DNA of 64,000 nucleotides from Escherichia coli (GTDB lineage Bacteria; Pseudomonadota; Gammaproteobacteria; Enterobacterales; Enterobacteriaceae): NCBI RefSeq assembly GCF_003790525.1, contig NZ_CP033632.1; one strand, 5' to 3'. Shown piece by piece: positions 43,599 to 53,157 of this stretch (position 1 is its first letter; each line of letters starts with the position of its first letter). The notes under the pieces were generated by a model. It saw only the letters and a program-made list of their open reading frames with translations, ran no database searches and was not told where the DNA came from. The position numbers and the translations under genes were made by a program.

Positions 43599-43897
43599 GC
43601 GGACGTGGCGAAATCGGTAGACGCAGCAGACTTTAAAATTGGAGTGCCCGCGGGGAAATCCGCGGAGTAGAACCGCTCAAAGTCGGGGAACGCTAACGGG
43701 CAATACCCTAAGCCAATCCCGAGCCAAGCCCCTTCGGGGGAAGGTGTAGAGACTGGACGGGCGGCGCCTAAAGCCTTCGGGCAATGGCGAAGGGACAGTC
43801 CAGACCACGAACGTCATCAGACGGCGGCGAAAGTCGAGGTGGTACGAAAATCTGCTTCTCTGTGAGAGTACGGGTTCGAGTCCCGTCGTCCGCACCA
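43599..43897 (+). tRNA. tRNA-Leu (UAA) gene interrupted by a group I intron in the anticodon loop
   Basis: Exons 43599-43633 and 43847-43897 form a type-II tRNA with CCA; 213-nt insert between U34 and A35. Confidence 0.7.
43634..43846 (+). ncRNA. Group I (IC3-like) intron
   Basis: GAGCCAAGC...CCTTCGGG...GAAGGTGTAGAGACTGGACGG core resembles Azoarcus/cyanobacterial pre-tRNA intron; ends in G. Confidence 0.6.
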
Positions 43898-43990
43898 CAA
43901 AGCCAAACATCCCTGCGATGATCGACCTCTGGGCGTTTGGTCGTGAGCCCGCCACCCTCGCGCTACGCTTTGCGCAGGCGTCGAAGGCGA

Positions 43991-44533
43991 TCAGGTGCGC
44001 CCATCGATTCCGTCGAGCACCATCGCTGCGAGTTCATCGCTGGTGTGTGCACCACTATCGAGAACACGGGTTGTGCATGGAAGCCGTTCCCTTGCGGCCA
44101 AGCATCGGGCGACATTCGCTAATCGCCACTCTCGAATCTCCGCATTTCGATTCGGGTCAGGATGCATGGTCTGGTTCGCGATCCGGTGACGCAATAGGTC
44201 CTCGTTGAGCGTCAGAAAGATGTGCAGCAGCTGATCGTCGATCCGCCTTACCCCGTCGAGTATCTCAGTCAGATAGTCCGGGTGCACGAGCGTCATTGGG
44301 ATGATGATGTCCTGCGAGTAATTCCTTCGAATCTCCCTGACCGCCGCGATCGTAAGTCCCCTCCACAAGGGGAGATCCTGATAGTCTCCGCTCGCTGGCA
44401 TGGGGACCGTTTCTTTCACCACGAACCCGATTTCCTCGGGGTCAAAGATCAGCGATTTGGAACGCCGATCGCGCAGCCGCTTAGCGAGCGTCGTCTTTCC
44501 GGCGCCGAAAGGTCCGTTGATCCAGATTATCAT
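43991..44533 (-). CDS. tmrB: TmrB tunicamycin resistance protein (ATP-binding)
   Basis: MIIWINGPFGAGKTTLAKRL... P-loop; recognised as TmrB. Confidence 0.85.
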   Translation of the reverse strand: MIIWINGPFGAGKTTLAKRLRDRRSKSLIFDPEEIGFVVKETVPMPASGDYQDLPLWRGLTIAAVREIRRNYSQDIIIPMTLVHPDYLTEILDGVRRIDDQLLHIFLTLNEDLLRHRIANQTMHPDPNRNAEIREWRLANVARCLAARERLPCTTRVLDSGAHTSDELAAMVLDGIDGRT

Positions 44534-44545
44534 TGTCGACGGCCT

Positions 44546-45406
44546 CTAACCTGAAGGCTCGCAAGAGCGCTCGACGGCCTCGTGCGGAGGCACGATCGGA
44601 GTGGTTCCGAAATGCTTCTCAAGATAGGTGACGCCGAACGTCACGATGTCCTGCGCGTCGAACAGGTAGCACTGAGCAAAGCCCACGACACCTTCTCGAT
44701 GGCGACCGAGCTTCACGTAAGCATTTGCTATAGTTTCAACCGCATCCGGCTTTCCTTCGATAGCAAAGCAATCGAGAATGCCGTTTGAATCGTAATCCGA
44801 TGCCGTTTTCCAGGCGACTTCACCGTCTCTTCCAAGCATCGGCATCTCATACGTCACCCACCGTTTGTTGGGGATATCGGCAACCGCCTCGGCGTAGTGC
44901 AATGCGGTAACGGAGTTTAGCGGCGCACCCAACAGCAGGGCCTTCCCGCCAAGGCGAACGAACCGCTCGACGGGCGATCCTTCCCCCAAGGCGTGACCGA
45001 GTTCGTGAGGCTCCGTCAGCGTTTCAGCCAGCGGACCAACCGCGACCATCGATGCATCGGGGTGCGCGCTGCGCCGCGCGCCGGGGGCTTGAACCAGAAA
45101 TTGATTCAGCAGGCCGAACCCACGGTAAGTCCCGGCTGTTGCGGGATCGAACGGCAGCCAGGTACGGCGGGCTTCGTCATCCAGCCGAGCGCCATTCAGA
45201 GTCTCCTCGTAGGGTGATCGGTCCCACGACGCGTATCCCATCACAGTGCCAGTCGGCCCAACCGCGGAGCGTAACGCGGCAACGACCGTCTCCGCTCCTC
45301 CTTCGACCGGACCAATCGCTTTAAGTGAGGCATGCACCATCAAGAGGTCACCGGTTTGGACTCCGAGTTTTTGAAGCGCCTCCGTTATTGCCTTCCGCGT
45401 ATGCAT
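44546..45406 (-). CDS. aac(3)-II: Aminoglycoside 3-N-acetyltransferase AAC(3)-II (IIa/IId/IIe type)
   Basis: MHTRKAITEALQKLGVQTGDLLMVHASLKAIGPVEGG...; start taken at MHTRK rather than upstream ATG. Confidence 0.92.
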   Translation of the reverse strand: MHTRKAITEALQKLGVQTGDLLMVHASLKAIGPVEGGAETVVAALRSAVGPTGTVMGYASWDRSPYEETLNGARLDDEARRTWLPFDPATAGTYRGFGLLNQFLVQAPGARRSAHPDASMVAVGPLAETLTEPHELGHALGEGSPVERFVRLGGKALLLGAPLNSVTALHYAEAVADIPNKRWVTYEMPMLGRDGEVAWKTASDYDSNGILDCFAIEGKPDAVETIANAYVKLGRHREGVVGFAQCYLFDAQDIVTFGVTYLEKHFGTTPIVPPHEAVERSCEPSG

Positions 45407-45441
45407 CGCGATATCTCCTCTAAACTGCAAAACACTATACG

Positions 45442-46450
45442 CTGATGAATCCCCTAATGATTTTGGTAAAAATCATTAAGTTAAGGTGGATACACATCTT
45501 GTCATATGATCAAATGGTTTCGCGAAAAATCAATAATCAGACAACAAGATGTGCGAACTCGATATTTTACACGACTCTCTTTACCAATTCTGCCCCGAAT
45601 TACACTTAAAACGACTCAACAGCTTAACGTTGGCTTGCCACGCATTACTTGACTGTAAAACTCTCACTCTTACCGAACTTGGCCGTAACCTGCCAACCAA
45701 AGCGAGAACAAAACATAACATCAAACGAATCGACCGATTGTTAGGTAATCGTCACCTCCACAAAGAGCGACTCGCTGTATACCGTTGGCATGCTAGCTTT
45801 ATCTGTTCGGGCAATACGATGCCCATTGTACTTGTTGACTGGTCTGATATCCGTGAGCAAAAACGGCTTATGGTATTGCGAGCTTCAGTCGCACTACACG
45901 GTCGTTCTGTTACTCTTTATGAGAAAGCGTTCCCGCTTTCAGAGCAATGTTCAAAGAAAGCTCATGACCAATTTCTAGCCGACCTTGCGAGCATTCTACC
46001 GAGTAACACCACACCGCTCATTGTCAGTGATGCTGGCTTTAAAGTGCCATGGTATAAATCCGTTGAGAAGCTGGGTTGGTACTGGTTAAGTCGAGTAAGA
46101 GGAAAAGTACAATATGCAGACCTAGGAGCGGAAAACTGGAAACCTATCAGCAACTTACATGATATGTCATCTAGTCACTCAAAGACTTTAGGCTATAAGA
46201 GGCTGACTAAAAGCAATCCAATCTCATGCCAAATTCTATTGTATAAATCTCGCTCTAAAGGCCGAAAAAATCAGCGCTCGACACGGACTCATTGTCACCA
46301 CCCGTCACCTAAAATCTACTCAGCGTCGGCAAAGGAGCCATGGGTTCTAGCAACTAACTTACCTGTTGAAATTCGAACACCCAAACAACTTGTTAATATC
46401 TATTCGAAGCGAATGCAGATTGAAGAAACCTTCCGAGACTTGAAAAGTCC
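45442..46450 (+). mobile_element. IS10 remnant (outside end plus 5' ~920 bp of tnp), truncated by IS26
   Basis: Begins CTGATGAATCCCCTAATGATTTTGGTAAAAATCATTAAG (IS10 outside end). Confidence 0.85.
45549..46450 (+). pseudogene. IS10 transposase, 3'-truncated
   Basis: MCELDILHDSLYQFCPELHLKRLNSLTLACHALLDCKTLTLTELG... Confidence 0.85.
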
Positions 46451-47270
46451 GGCACTGTTGCAAAGTTAGCGATGAGGCAGCCTTTTGTCTTATTCAAAGG
46501 CCTTACATTTCAAAAACTCTGCTTACCAGGCGCATTTCGCCCAGGGGATCACCATAATAAAATGCTGAGGCCTGGCCTTTGCGTAGTGCACGCATCACCT
46601 CAATACCTTTGATGGTGGCGTAAGCCGTCTTCATGGATTTAAATCCCAGCGTGGCGTTGATTATCCGTTTCAGTTTGCCATGATCGCATTCAATCACGTT
46701 GTTCCGGTACTTAATCTGTCGGTGTTCAACGTCAGACGGGCACCGGCCTTCGCGTTTGAGCAGAGCAAGCGCGCGACCATAGGCGGGCGCTTTATCCGTG
46801 TTGATGAATCGTGGGATCTGCCACTTCTTCACGTTGTTGAGGATTTTACCCAGAAACCGGTATGCAGCTTTGCTGTTACGACGGGAGGAGAGATAAAAAT
46901 CGACAGTGCGGCCCCGGCTGTCGACGGCCCGGTACAGATACGCCCAGCGGCCATTGACCTTCACGTAGGTTTCATCCATGTGCCACGGGCAAAGATCGGA
47001 AGGGTTACGCCAGTACCAGCGCAGCCGTTTTTCCATTTCAGGCGCATAACGCTGAACCCAGCGGTAAATCGTGGAGTGATCGACATTCACTCCGCGTTCA
47101 GCCAGCATCTCCTGCAGCTCACGGTAACTGATGCCGTATTTGCAGTACCAGCGTACGGCCCACAGAATGATGTCACGCTGAAAATGCCGGCCTTTGAATG
47201 GGTTCATGTGCAGCTCCATCAGCAAAAGGGGATGATAAGTTTATCACCACCGACTATTTGCAACAGTGCC
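46451..47270 (-). mobile_element. IS26 copy 2 (G184N variant)
   Basis: IRs present; Tnp has KRIINATLGF; right flank CACCTTCT. Confidence 0.95.
46503..47225 (-). CDS. tnp26: IS26 transposase (G184N)
   Basis: Identical to other copies except G184N. Confidence 0.95.
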   Translation of the reverse strand: MLMELHMNPFKGRHFQRDIILWAVRWYCKYGISYRELQEMLAERGVNVDHSTIYRWVQRYAPEMEKRLRWYWRNPSDLCPWHMDETYVKVNGRWAYLYRAVDSRGRTVDFYLSSRRNSKAAYRFLGKILNNVKKWQIPRFINTDKAPAYGRALALLKREGRCPSDVEHRQIKYRNNVIECDHGKLKRIINATLGFKSMKTAYATIKGIEVMRALRKGQASAFYYGDPLGEMRLVSRVFEM

Positions 47271-48501
47271 CACCTTCTGTATGGGTTGGGGCGGAGGCTG
47301 TGGCTGCCGCCGCCATTGTAGCAAATTGAAGACGGAGCGAGAGTAGAGCCACGAGCCCCGCAAACACGGCCGATACAACGAGGCCAGGGAGCGGACCAGC
47401 AAGGTCGACAAACGCGCCGGCCGCAAGCATAACCATGGGCGAGGCTGACAGCATCACCGCCGAGACCGTGCCGAGTACCCGGCCGAGAAGTTCTGGCGGC
47501 GTGCGGTTGTAGATGGCAGCGTTGAGAATGGGAGAGACTGAGCCGGTCAGCAGTCCCACGAGCGCGCCCAACAACATCAGCACCGGCACGCCTGGCAACT
47601 GTGAAAGCAGAAGCGAGCCCACCGCAGAGCCACAAAATGCCACCGCCAGCCAGTTCTGCGCTGATATCCGGGCGCCGACCGACGCATGAATGGCAATGCC
47701 AAGGAGACCACCAGCCCCCATCATTGAGGAGAACAGCCCGAGCTCTGCTACTTGGCGTCCTGCATCTACAAACAGCGCAGGCATGATGACGCTGCCGTTG
47801 GCGCCAACGATGCCCACGAAGATCATCACTATACCAAAGAGAGGGCGCAGCAGGGGTTCGCTCCAGAGAAAAGCGACGCCGGCGCGCATGGAGAGAGTCG
47901 CCGTCGTGGTCATCGTCCGAGCGGCACGCGCGGGAAGCACCCACGCGCCGAGCAGACCTGCAAGGACGGAGCAGAACGCCGTCAGCCCGAGCGTTGGCGC
48001 AGCGCCAAGCAGGCCGATTGCGGCCCCCCCAAGGGCCGGGCCACCTAGAATCGCGACGTTCCCGATCACCGCTTTCAGTGACGAGACGCGCTCAACGGAG
48101 AGCCCGGCGACGTGGCCGAGTTTGGGCAGCTCACTGTCCTGCGCGGCCATACCGGGTGCGTCGAACGCGGCACCGAGCACCACGCAAGCGATCAGCCCAG
48201 TGTTCGAGAGGGCGCCAACGGCATCGAGCAGTGGGATGCTCGCCATGGCCACGCCGCCCACCACACCCGAGATCAATGCGACGGGCGCGCGCCCGAACCG
48301 ATCGACGAGGCCACCACCAACCCACGCGCCGATGATGGTCGCGATGACGCTGCTAGCGGCCGTGGCGCCCGCCCAGGCCGCGCTCTTTGTATGAGACAGG
48401 ACGAACCATGGAAGCGCGAGGGCCGCCACCGCGTTGCCGATCCGGAAGAGAAAGGTCGCCGCGAACAGCGTCGCGAGCGGGCTATATCGACGTTCGCTCA
48501 T
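47254..48501 (-). CDS. mrx: Mrx, MFS-type protein of the mph(A) operon; 3' end replaced by IS26
   Basis: Hydrophobic 415-aa ORF overlapping mph(A) stop; last 5 codons lie in IS26. Confidence 0.85.
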   Translation of the reverse strand: MSERRYSPLATLFAATFLFRIGNAVAALALPWFVLSHTKSAAWAGATAASSVIATIIGAWVGGGLVDRFGRAPVALISGVVGGVAMASIPLLDAVGALSNTGLIACVVLGAAFDAPGMAAQDSELPKLGHVAGLSVERVSSLKAVIGNVAILGGPALGGAAIGLLGAAPTLGLTAFCSVLAGLLGAWVLPARAARTMTTTATLSMRAGVAFLWSEPLLRPLFGIVMIFVGIVGANGSVIMPALFVDAGRQVAELGLFSSMMGAGGLLGIAIHASVGARISAQNWLAVAFCGSAVGSLLLSQLPGVPVLMLLGALVGLLTGSVSPILNAAIYNRTPPELLGRVLGTVSAVMLSASPMVMLAAGAFVDLAGPLPGLVVSAVFAGLVALLSLRLQFATMAAAATASAPTHTEGGHCCK

Positions 48502-49403
48502 TCCGCTGCGGCGAGCTGCGCCTTCGCCGCAGCGAGGTACTCTTCGTTACCCGAGTCGAGGGCGAAGAGTGCGTAGGTGACCGCCCCGAACGCAAGGCGC
48601 TCCGCGATGTGGTGGGCGAGCCGCGGCCACACCCGGCCACCGGCCGCTTCATACGTGAGGAGGAGCTTCGCGAGCCCCTCTTCACCAAAGACCATAAGGT
48701 GCGCGGCCATGTCGATGGCAGGGTCATCAACGCGGGCCTCGCTCCAGTCGATCATCCCGCTGACGCGCTCCGTGTTGTCGATGAGCACATGGCCCACGTA
48801 GAGATCGCCATGCACCACCACGGAGAAATCTGGCCACGACGAATCGTCGTCGAGCCAGCGCTGCCACCGGTGGAGGCGCTTGTCGTTCACCACGAACTCG
48901 CGTCGGACGCGGTCAACGTCGTCGGCCACCTTCTGACGGGCCTGCGTCGGTGTACGGATGAGCATCCCCGCATCCACGGCGGCGGAAATGGGGACGGCAT
49001 GCAGGGCGGCGAGCGCGGTCGCGAAGCTCTCCGCGAAGACCTCCGAGTCCTGCGGCACGACCCAGTCGGGCGTGGACGAACCAGGCTGGATGACCATCGC
49101 AGTCGAGTCTTCGAGCATGGGATAGGCAACGAGCTCGGCGTTGGCCACGCGCCAGTCCGGCACCGCGAACGGCAGGCGATTCTTGAGCATTGCCAGCACC
49201 CGCGCCTCTGGTTCGACCTTCGCGCTTACCTCGGCTCGGCGCGGGATGCGCAGCACCCACCGACGTCCATCGTCGACGGTGGCGATCACGATCCTATAGT
49301 CGAGCCCAAGCTCATTGACAGTCAGCGGGCCATGGAGCTTGAGCCCATGTCGGGCTGCAAGTGCGTACAGTTGGGAGGTATCGGCGGTCGTGACTACGGT
49401 CAT
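48498..49403 (-). CDS. mph(A): Macrolide 2'-phosphotransferase Mph(A)
   Basis: MTVVTTADTSQLYALAARHGLKLHGPLTV...; 301 aa. Confidence 0.95.
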   Translation of the reverse strand: MTVVTTADTSQLYALAARHGLKLHGPLTVNELGLDYRIVIATVDDGRRWVLRIPRRAEVSAKVEPEARVLAMLKNRLPFAVPDWRVANAELVAYPMLEDSTAMVIQPGSSTPDWVVPQDSEVFAESFATALAALHAVPISAAVDAGMLIRTPTQARQKVADDVDRVRREFVVNDKRLHRWQRWLDDDSSWPDFSVVVHGDLYVGHVLIDNTERVSGMIDWSEARVDDPAIDMAAHLMVFGEEGLAKLLLTYEAAGGRVWPRLAHHIAERLAFGAVTYALFALDSGNEEYLAAAKAQLAAAE

Positions 49404-49472
49404 GATTCACTCCTGAGGGCTTGACGGGTTTAGCCACCTAAATGTAACAGTCACGTCGGTTATATTCAATCC

Positions 49473-50292
49473 GGCACTGTTGCAAAGTTAGCGATGAGGC
49501 AGCCTTTTGTCTTATTCAAAGGCCTTACATTTCAAAAACTCTGCTTACCAGGCGCATTTCGCCCAGGGGATCACCATAATAAAATGCTGAGGCCTGGCCT
49601 TTGCGTAGTGCACGCATCACCTCAATACCTTTGATGGTGGCGTAAGCCGTCTTCATGGATTTAAATCCCAGCGTGGCGCCGATTATCCGTTTCAGTTTGC
49701 CATGATCGCATTCAATCACGTTGTTCCGGTACTTAATCTGTCGGTGTTCAACGTCAGACGGGCACCGGCCTTCGCGTTTGAGCAGAGCAAGCGCGCGACC
49801 ATAGGCGGGCGCTTTATCCGTGTTGATGAATCGCGGGATCTGCCACTTCTTCACGTTGTTGAGGATTTTACCCAGAAACCGGTATGCAGCTTTGCTGTTA
49901 CGACGGGAGGAGAGATAAAAATCGACAGTGCGGCCCCGGCTGTCGACGGCCCGGTACAGATACGCCCAGCGGCCATTGACCTTCACGTAGGTTTCATCCA
50001 TGTGCCACGGGCAAAGATCGGAAGGGTTACGCCAGTACCAGCGCAGCCGTTTTTCCATTTCAGGCGCATAACGCTGAACCCAGCGGTAAATCGTGGAGTG
50101 ATCGACATTCACTCCGCGTTCAGCCAGCATCTCCTGCAGCTCACGGTAACTGATGCCGTATTTGCAGTACCAGCGTACGGCCCACAGAATGATGTCACGC
50201 TGAAAATGCCGGCCTTTGAATGGGTTCATGTGCAGCTCCATCAGCAAAAGGGGATGATAAGTTTATCACCACCGACTATTTGCAACAGTGCC
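49473..50292 (-). mobile_element. IS26 copy 3
   Basis: IRs present; Tnp G184; 70 bp upstream of mph(A). Confidence 0.95.
49525..50247 (-). CDS. tnp26: IS26 transposase Tnp26
   Basis: as above. Confidence 0.95.
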   Translation of the reverse strand: MLMELHMNPFKGRHFQRDIILWAVRWYCKYGISYRELQEMLAERGVNVDHSTIYRWVQRYAPEMEKRLRWYWRNPSDLCPWHMDETYVKVNGRWAYLYRAVDSRGRTVDFYLSSRRNSKAAYRFLGKILNNVKKWQIPRFINTDKAPAYGRALALLKREGRCPSDVEHRQIKYRNNVIECDHGKLKRIIGATLGFKSMKTAYATIKGIEVMRALRKGQASAFYYGDPLGEMRLVSRVFEM

Positions 50293-50519
50293 GAAGGGAC
50301 TATGAACAACGGCGGGAACGCCAGAAACAGGGGATAGAGAAAGCAAGGAAAGACGGCAAATATAAAGGGCGTAAACCTAATCAAGCCAGACATGATGCAA
50401 TTATCAGGTTGATAGAAAGTGGCAGCTCCTGGACACAGGTACAGAAGGTGCTAGGGTGCAGCCGCGGCACAATCAGTAGCGCAATAAAACGTAAATCCCT
50501 GCAATCCTCCGGTGAGTAG
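50293..50519 (+). pseudogene. Serine recombinase (resolvase/invertase) C-terminal HTH fragment, 5'-truncated by IS26
   Basis: ...GRKPNQARHDAIIRLIESGSSWTQVQKVLGCSRGTISSAIKR; no catalytic N-terminus. Confidence 0.5.
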
Positions 50520-50634
50520 GGTAGGGTGAGCTCAATAAACTGGTTGACGTTATTTATGAGGGAGGTGCTGAAGTGGATATTTTTAAAAAGCAAATTGAAT
50601 GTTGTAACTAATGAGTATCAAAATAAAAGGCCGC

Positions 50635-50850
50635 TTACGCGACCTCAGCCTTTTGCGGTTTTGGCTTGGTGATATACCACGATAGACAACCGACAATAAA
50701 ACTCATGAACATTCCAGTAAAACGATCATCGATGCCTGGAAACAGGCAACCGACAAACATCGCAACAGGGAAAGGAAGAAGTAAACAGCGCCCCAAAATG
50801 CTCATAAAATCCATAACACCTCCTTTGTTAAAGGGCAGGAAGCGGTGCAC
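50635..50850 (-). CDS. Small membrane protein, hypothetical
   Basis: 71-aa ORF with two hydrophobic segments. Confidence 0.3.
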   Translation of the reverse strand: MHRFLPFNKGGVMDFMSILGRCLLLPFPVAMFVGCLFPGIDDRFTGMFMSFIVGCLSWYITKPKPQKAEVA

Positions 50851-50880
50851 TTCCTGCCCTTAGTTACGTTTCCGCAGTCA

Positions 50881-50976
50881 TCAATCGATGAACTGACGGA
50901 TCAGTTCCAGAACTGCAATCAGCGCGTTTGCAAGCGCAGCTACCGCCCTCAGAACGATGATTAACAGGTTAATCAT
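50881..50976 (-). CDS. Small hydrophobic peptide, type I toxin-like (31 aa)
   Basis: Hand translation MINLLIIVLRAVAALANALIAVLELIRQFID; RBS GGAG upstream; paralog at 51537. Confidence 0.45.
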   Translation of the reverse strand: MINLLIIVLRAVAALANALIAVLELIRQFID

Positions 50977-51536
50977 CCGTTTTCTCCATAAATGGAGTAA
51001 AGACACCGTGGCTTGCTCTTACGCTGCCTGTCACCACGGCTTCTCTTCGTCTTGTCAGTTGTAGAGAGTCTCACTCCTACCAGAGCACAGATAACCAGCA
51101 CCACCTGTATTACCTGTCAGGACTTTGAAGCTGTTCATGCCGCATTTAGCGGAATGCAGGGAAAGACTCACCACAGCACTAACCCTCTGATTATACGTTT
51201 ATCTAACTTTCAAGCAAACCGTTAACGCGTAGTCACCGCCTGTCATATTGCATAATCAGGCTTCACGGATTATCATACTGTTGTCAGTTGTAGAGAGTTT
51301 CTCTTCCGGGCGAGTTACCAGCTCGTACCGGAACTGTAAAAAAGCCGACCTCACCAGTCGGTTTTTTTACGTCTGCAGTTTCCCGCTTCATTTAGATCTA
51401 TTTTAAATGAATAAATTTTCTGCGGCAAACCCAACGACGTTGGGTCGTTAGTGTAAATAATTGTTCAAAACTCATAAACACTCCTTTGTTAAAGGGCAGG
51501 AAGCGGTAAACGTCTCTCCCTTAGTTAAGCCATCAA

Positions 51537-51620
51537 TCACTCGATTAGTTTCTGAATGGCAATCAGCGCGTTTGCAATGGCGAGCACAGCCCTGAGAACG
51601 ATGATTAACAGATTCATCAT
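51537..51620 (-). CDS. Small hydrophobic peptide, type I toxin-like (27 aa), paralog
   Basis: Hand translation MMNLLIIVLRAVLAIANALIAIQKLIE. Confidence 0.45.
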   Translation of the reverse strand: MMNLLIIVLRAVLAIANALIAIQKLIE

Positions 51621-52096
51621 CCGTTTCTCTAGGTTGATACTGGAGGAAGTCACCGTAGCTTGCTCATACATCGCCTGTCACAACGGCTCTCTCACATTGT
51701 TGGATGTAGAGTACCTTCCCTCTACCAGAGCACTGAACACAGCACCACCCGTTTGTTCAGCCAGGACTTTAATTCGTTCATCCCCAGATAGCGCAGGGGT
51801 TAGAAGCAAGGGAGACACACTGTACAGCGCCAACACAAAGATTATACAGATGCATGCATAAAATTCATTTAAAGAAATTACCATTGACAGACAATCTGAA
51901 GTCAAACTAGACAACAGGTGTCTAGTGCCATAATACTATGAGTGTTGGGTGTAGAGTATCTTCCTCCAGTCAGAGCCACCAACTCAAGGCTGGAAAACAC
52001 AAAAAAGCCAAATTACCAGTCGGTTTTTTTTGTGCTTGTCGTTCAGCTGTACTTCCGTTTTTTCCCCCCTTCATTGAAGAAGTAGTAGGCAGAGCA

Positions 52097-52322
52097 GGTA
52101 ATGACTCCAACTTATTGATAGTGTTTTATGTTCAGATAATGCCCGATGACTTTGTCATGCAGCTCCACCGATTTTGAGAACGACAGCGACTTCCGTCCCA
52201 GCCGTGCCAGGTGCTGCCTCAGATTCAGGTTATGCCGCTCAATTCGCTGCGTATATCGCTTGCTGATTACGTGCAGCTTTCCCTTCAGGCGGGATTCATA
52301 CAGCGGCCAGCCATCCGTCATC
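52097..52322 (-). mobile_element. insB: IS1 fragment (IR plus 3' end of insB), truncated by IS26
   Basis: GGTAATGACTCCAACTTATTGATAGTG IS1 end; InsB C-terminus ...[18 protein letters not shown]. Confidence 0.85.
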
Positions 52323-53142
52323 GGCACTGTTGCAAATAGTCGGTGGTGATAAACTTATCATCCCCTTTTGCTGATGGAGCTGCACATGAACCCATTCAAA
52401 GGCCGGCATTTTCAGCGTGACATCATTCTGTGGGCCGTACGCTGGTACTGCAAATACGGCATCAGTTACCGTGAGCTGCAGGAGATGCTGGCTGAACGCG
52501 GAGTGAATGTCGATCACTCCACGATTTACCGCTGGGTTCAGCGTTATGCGCCTGAAATGGAAAAACGGCTGCGCTGGTACTGGCGTAACCCTTCCGATCT
52601 TTGCCCGTGGCACATGGATGAAACCTACGTGAAGGTCAATGGCCGCTGGGCGTATCTGTACCGGGCCGTCGACAGCCGGGGCCGCACTGTCGATTTTTAT
52701 CTCTCCTCCCGTCGTAACAGCAAAGCTGCATACCGGTTTCTGGGTAAAATCCTCAACAACGTGAAGAAGTGGCAGATCCCACGATTCATCAACACGGATA
52801 AAGCGCCCGCCTATGGTCGCGCGCTTGCTCTGCTCAAACGCGAAGGCCGGTGCCCGTCTGACGTTGAACACCGACAGATTAAGTACCGGAACAACGTGAT
52901 TGAATGCGATCATGGCAAACTGAAACGGATAATCAACGCCACGCTGGGATTTAAATCCATGAAGACGGCTTACGCCACCATCAAAGGTATTGAGGTGATG
53001 CGTGCACTACGCAAAGGCCAGGCCTCAGCATTTTATTATGGTGATCCCCTGGGCGAAATGCGCCTGGTAAGCAGAGTTTTTGAAATGTAAGGCCTTTGAA
53101 TAAGACAAAAGGCTGCCTCATCGCTAACTTTGCAACAGTGCC
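52323..53142 (+). mobile_element. IS26 copy 4 (G184N variant), inverted relative to copies 1-3
   Basis: IRs present; right flank AGAAGGTG is the reverse complement of copy-2 right flank. Confidence 0.95.
52368..53090 (+). CDS. tnp26: IS26 transposase (G184N)
   Basis: KRIINATLGF. Confidence 0.95.
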   Translation: MLMELHMNPFKGRHFQRDIILWAVRWYCKYGISYRELQEMLAERGVNVDHSTIYRWVQRYAPEMEKRLRWYWRNPSDLCPWHMDETYVKVNGRWAYLYRAVDSRGRTVDFYLSSRRNSKAAYRFLGKILNNVKKWQIPRFINTDKAPAYGRALALLKREGRCPSDVEHRQIKYRNNVIECDHGKLKRIINATLGFKSMKTAYATIKGIEVMRALRKGQASAFYYGDPLGEMRLVSRVFEM

Positions 53143-53157
53143 AGAAGGTGAACACTG

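Noticed and set aside
47690-49424. Long plus-strand ORFs (234 and 345 aa) antisense to mrx and mph(A)
   Set aside because: Arg/Pro/Ala-rich low-complexity translations typical of high-GC antisense frames; the opposite strand encodes the recognised Mph(A) and Mrx.
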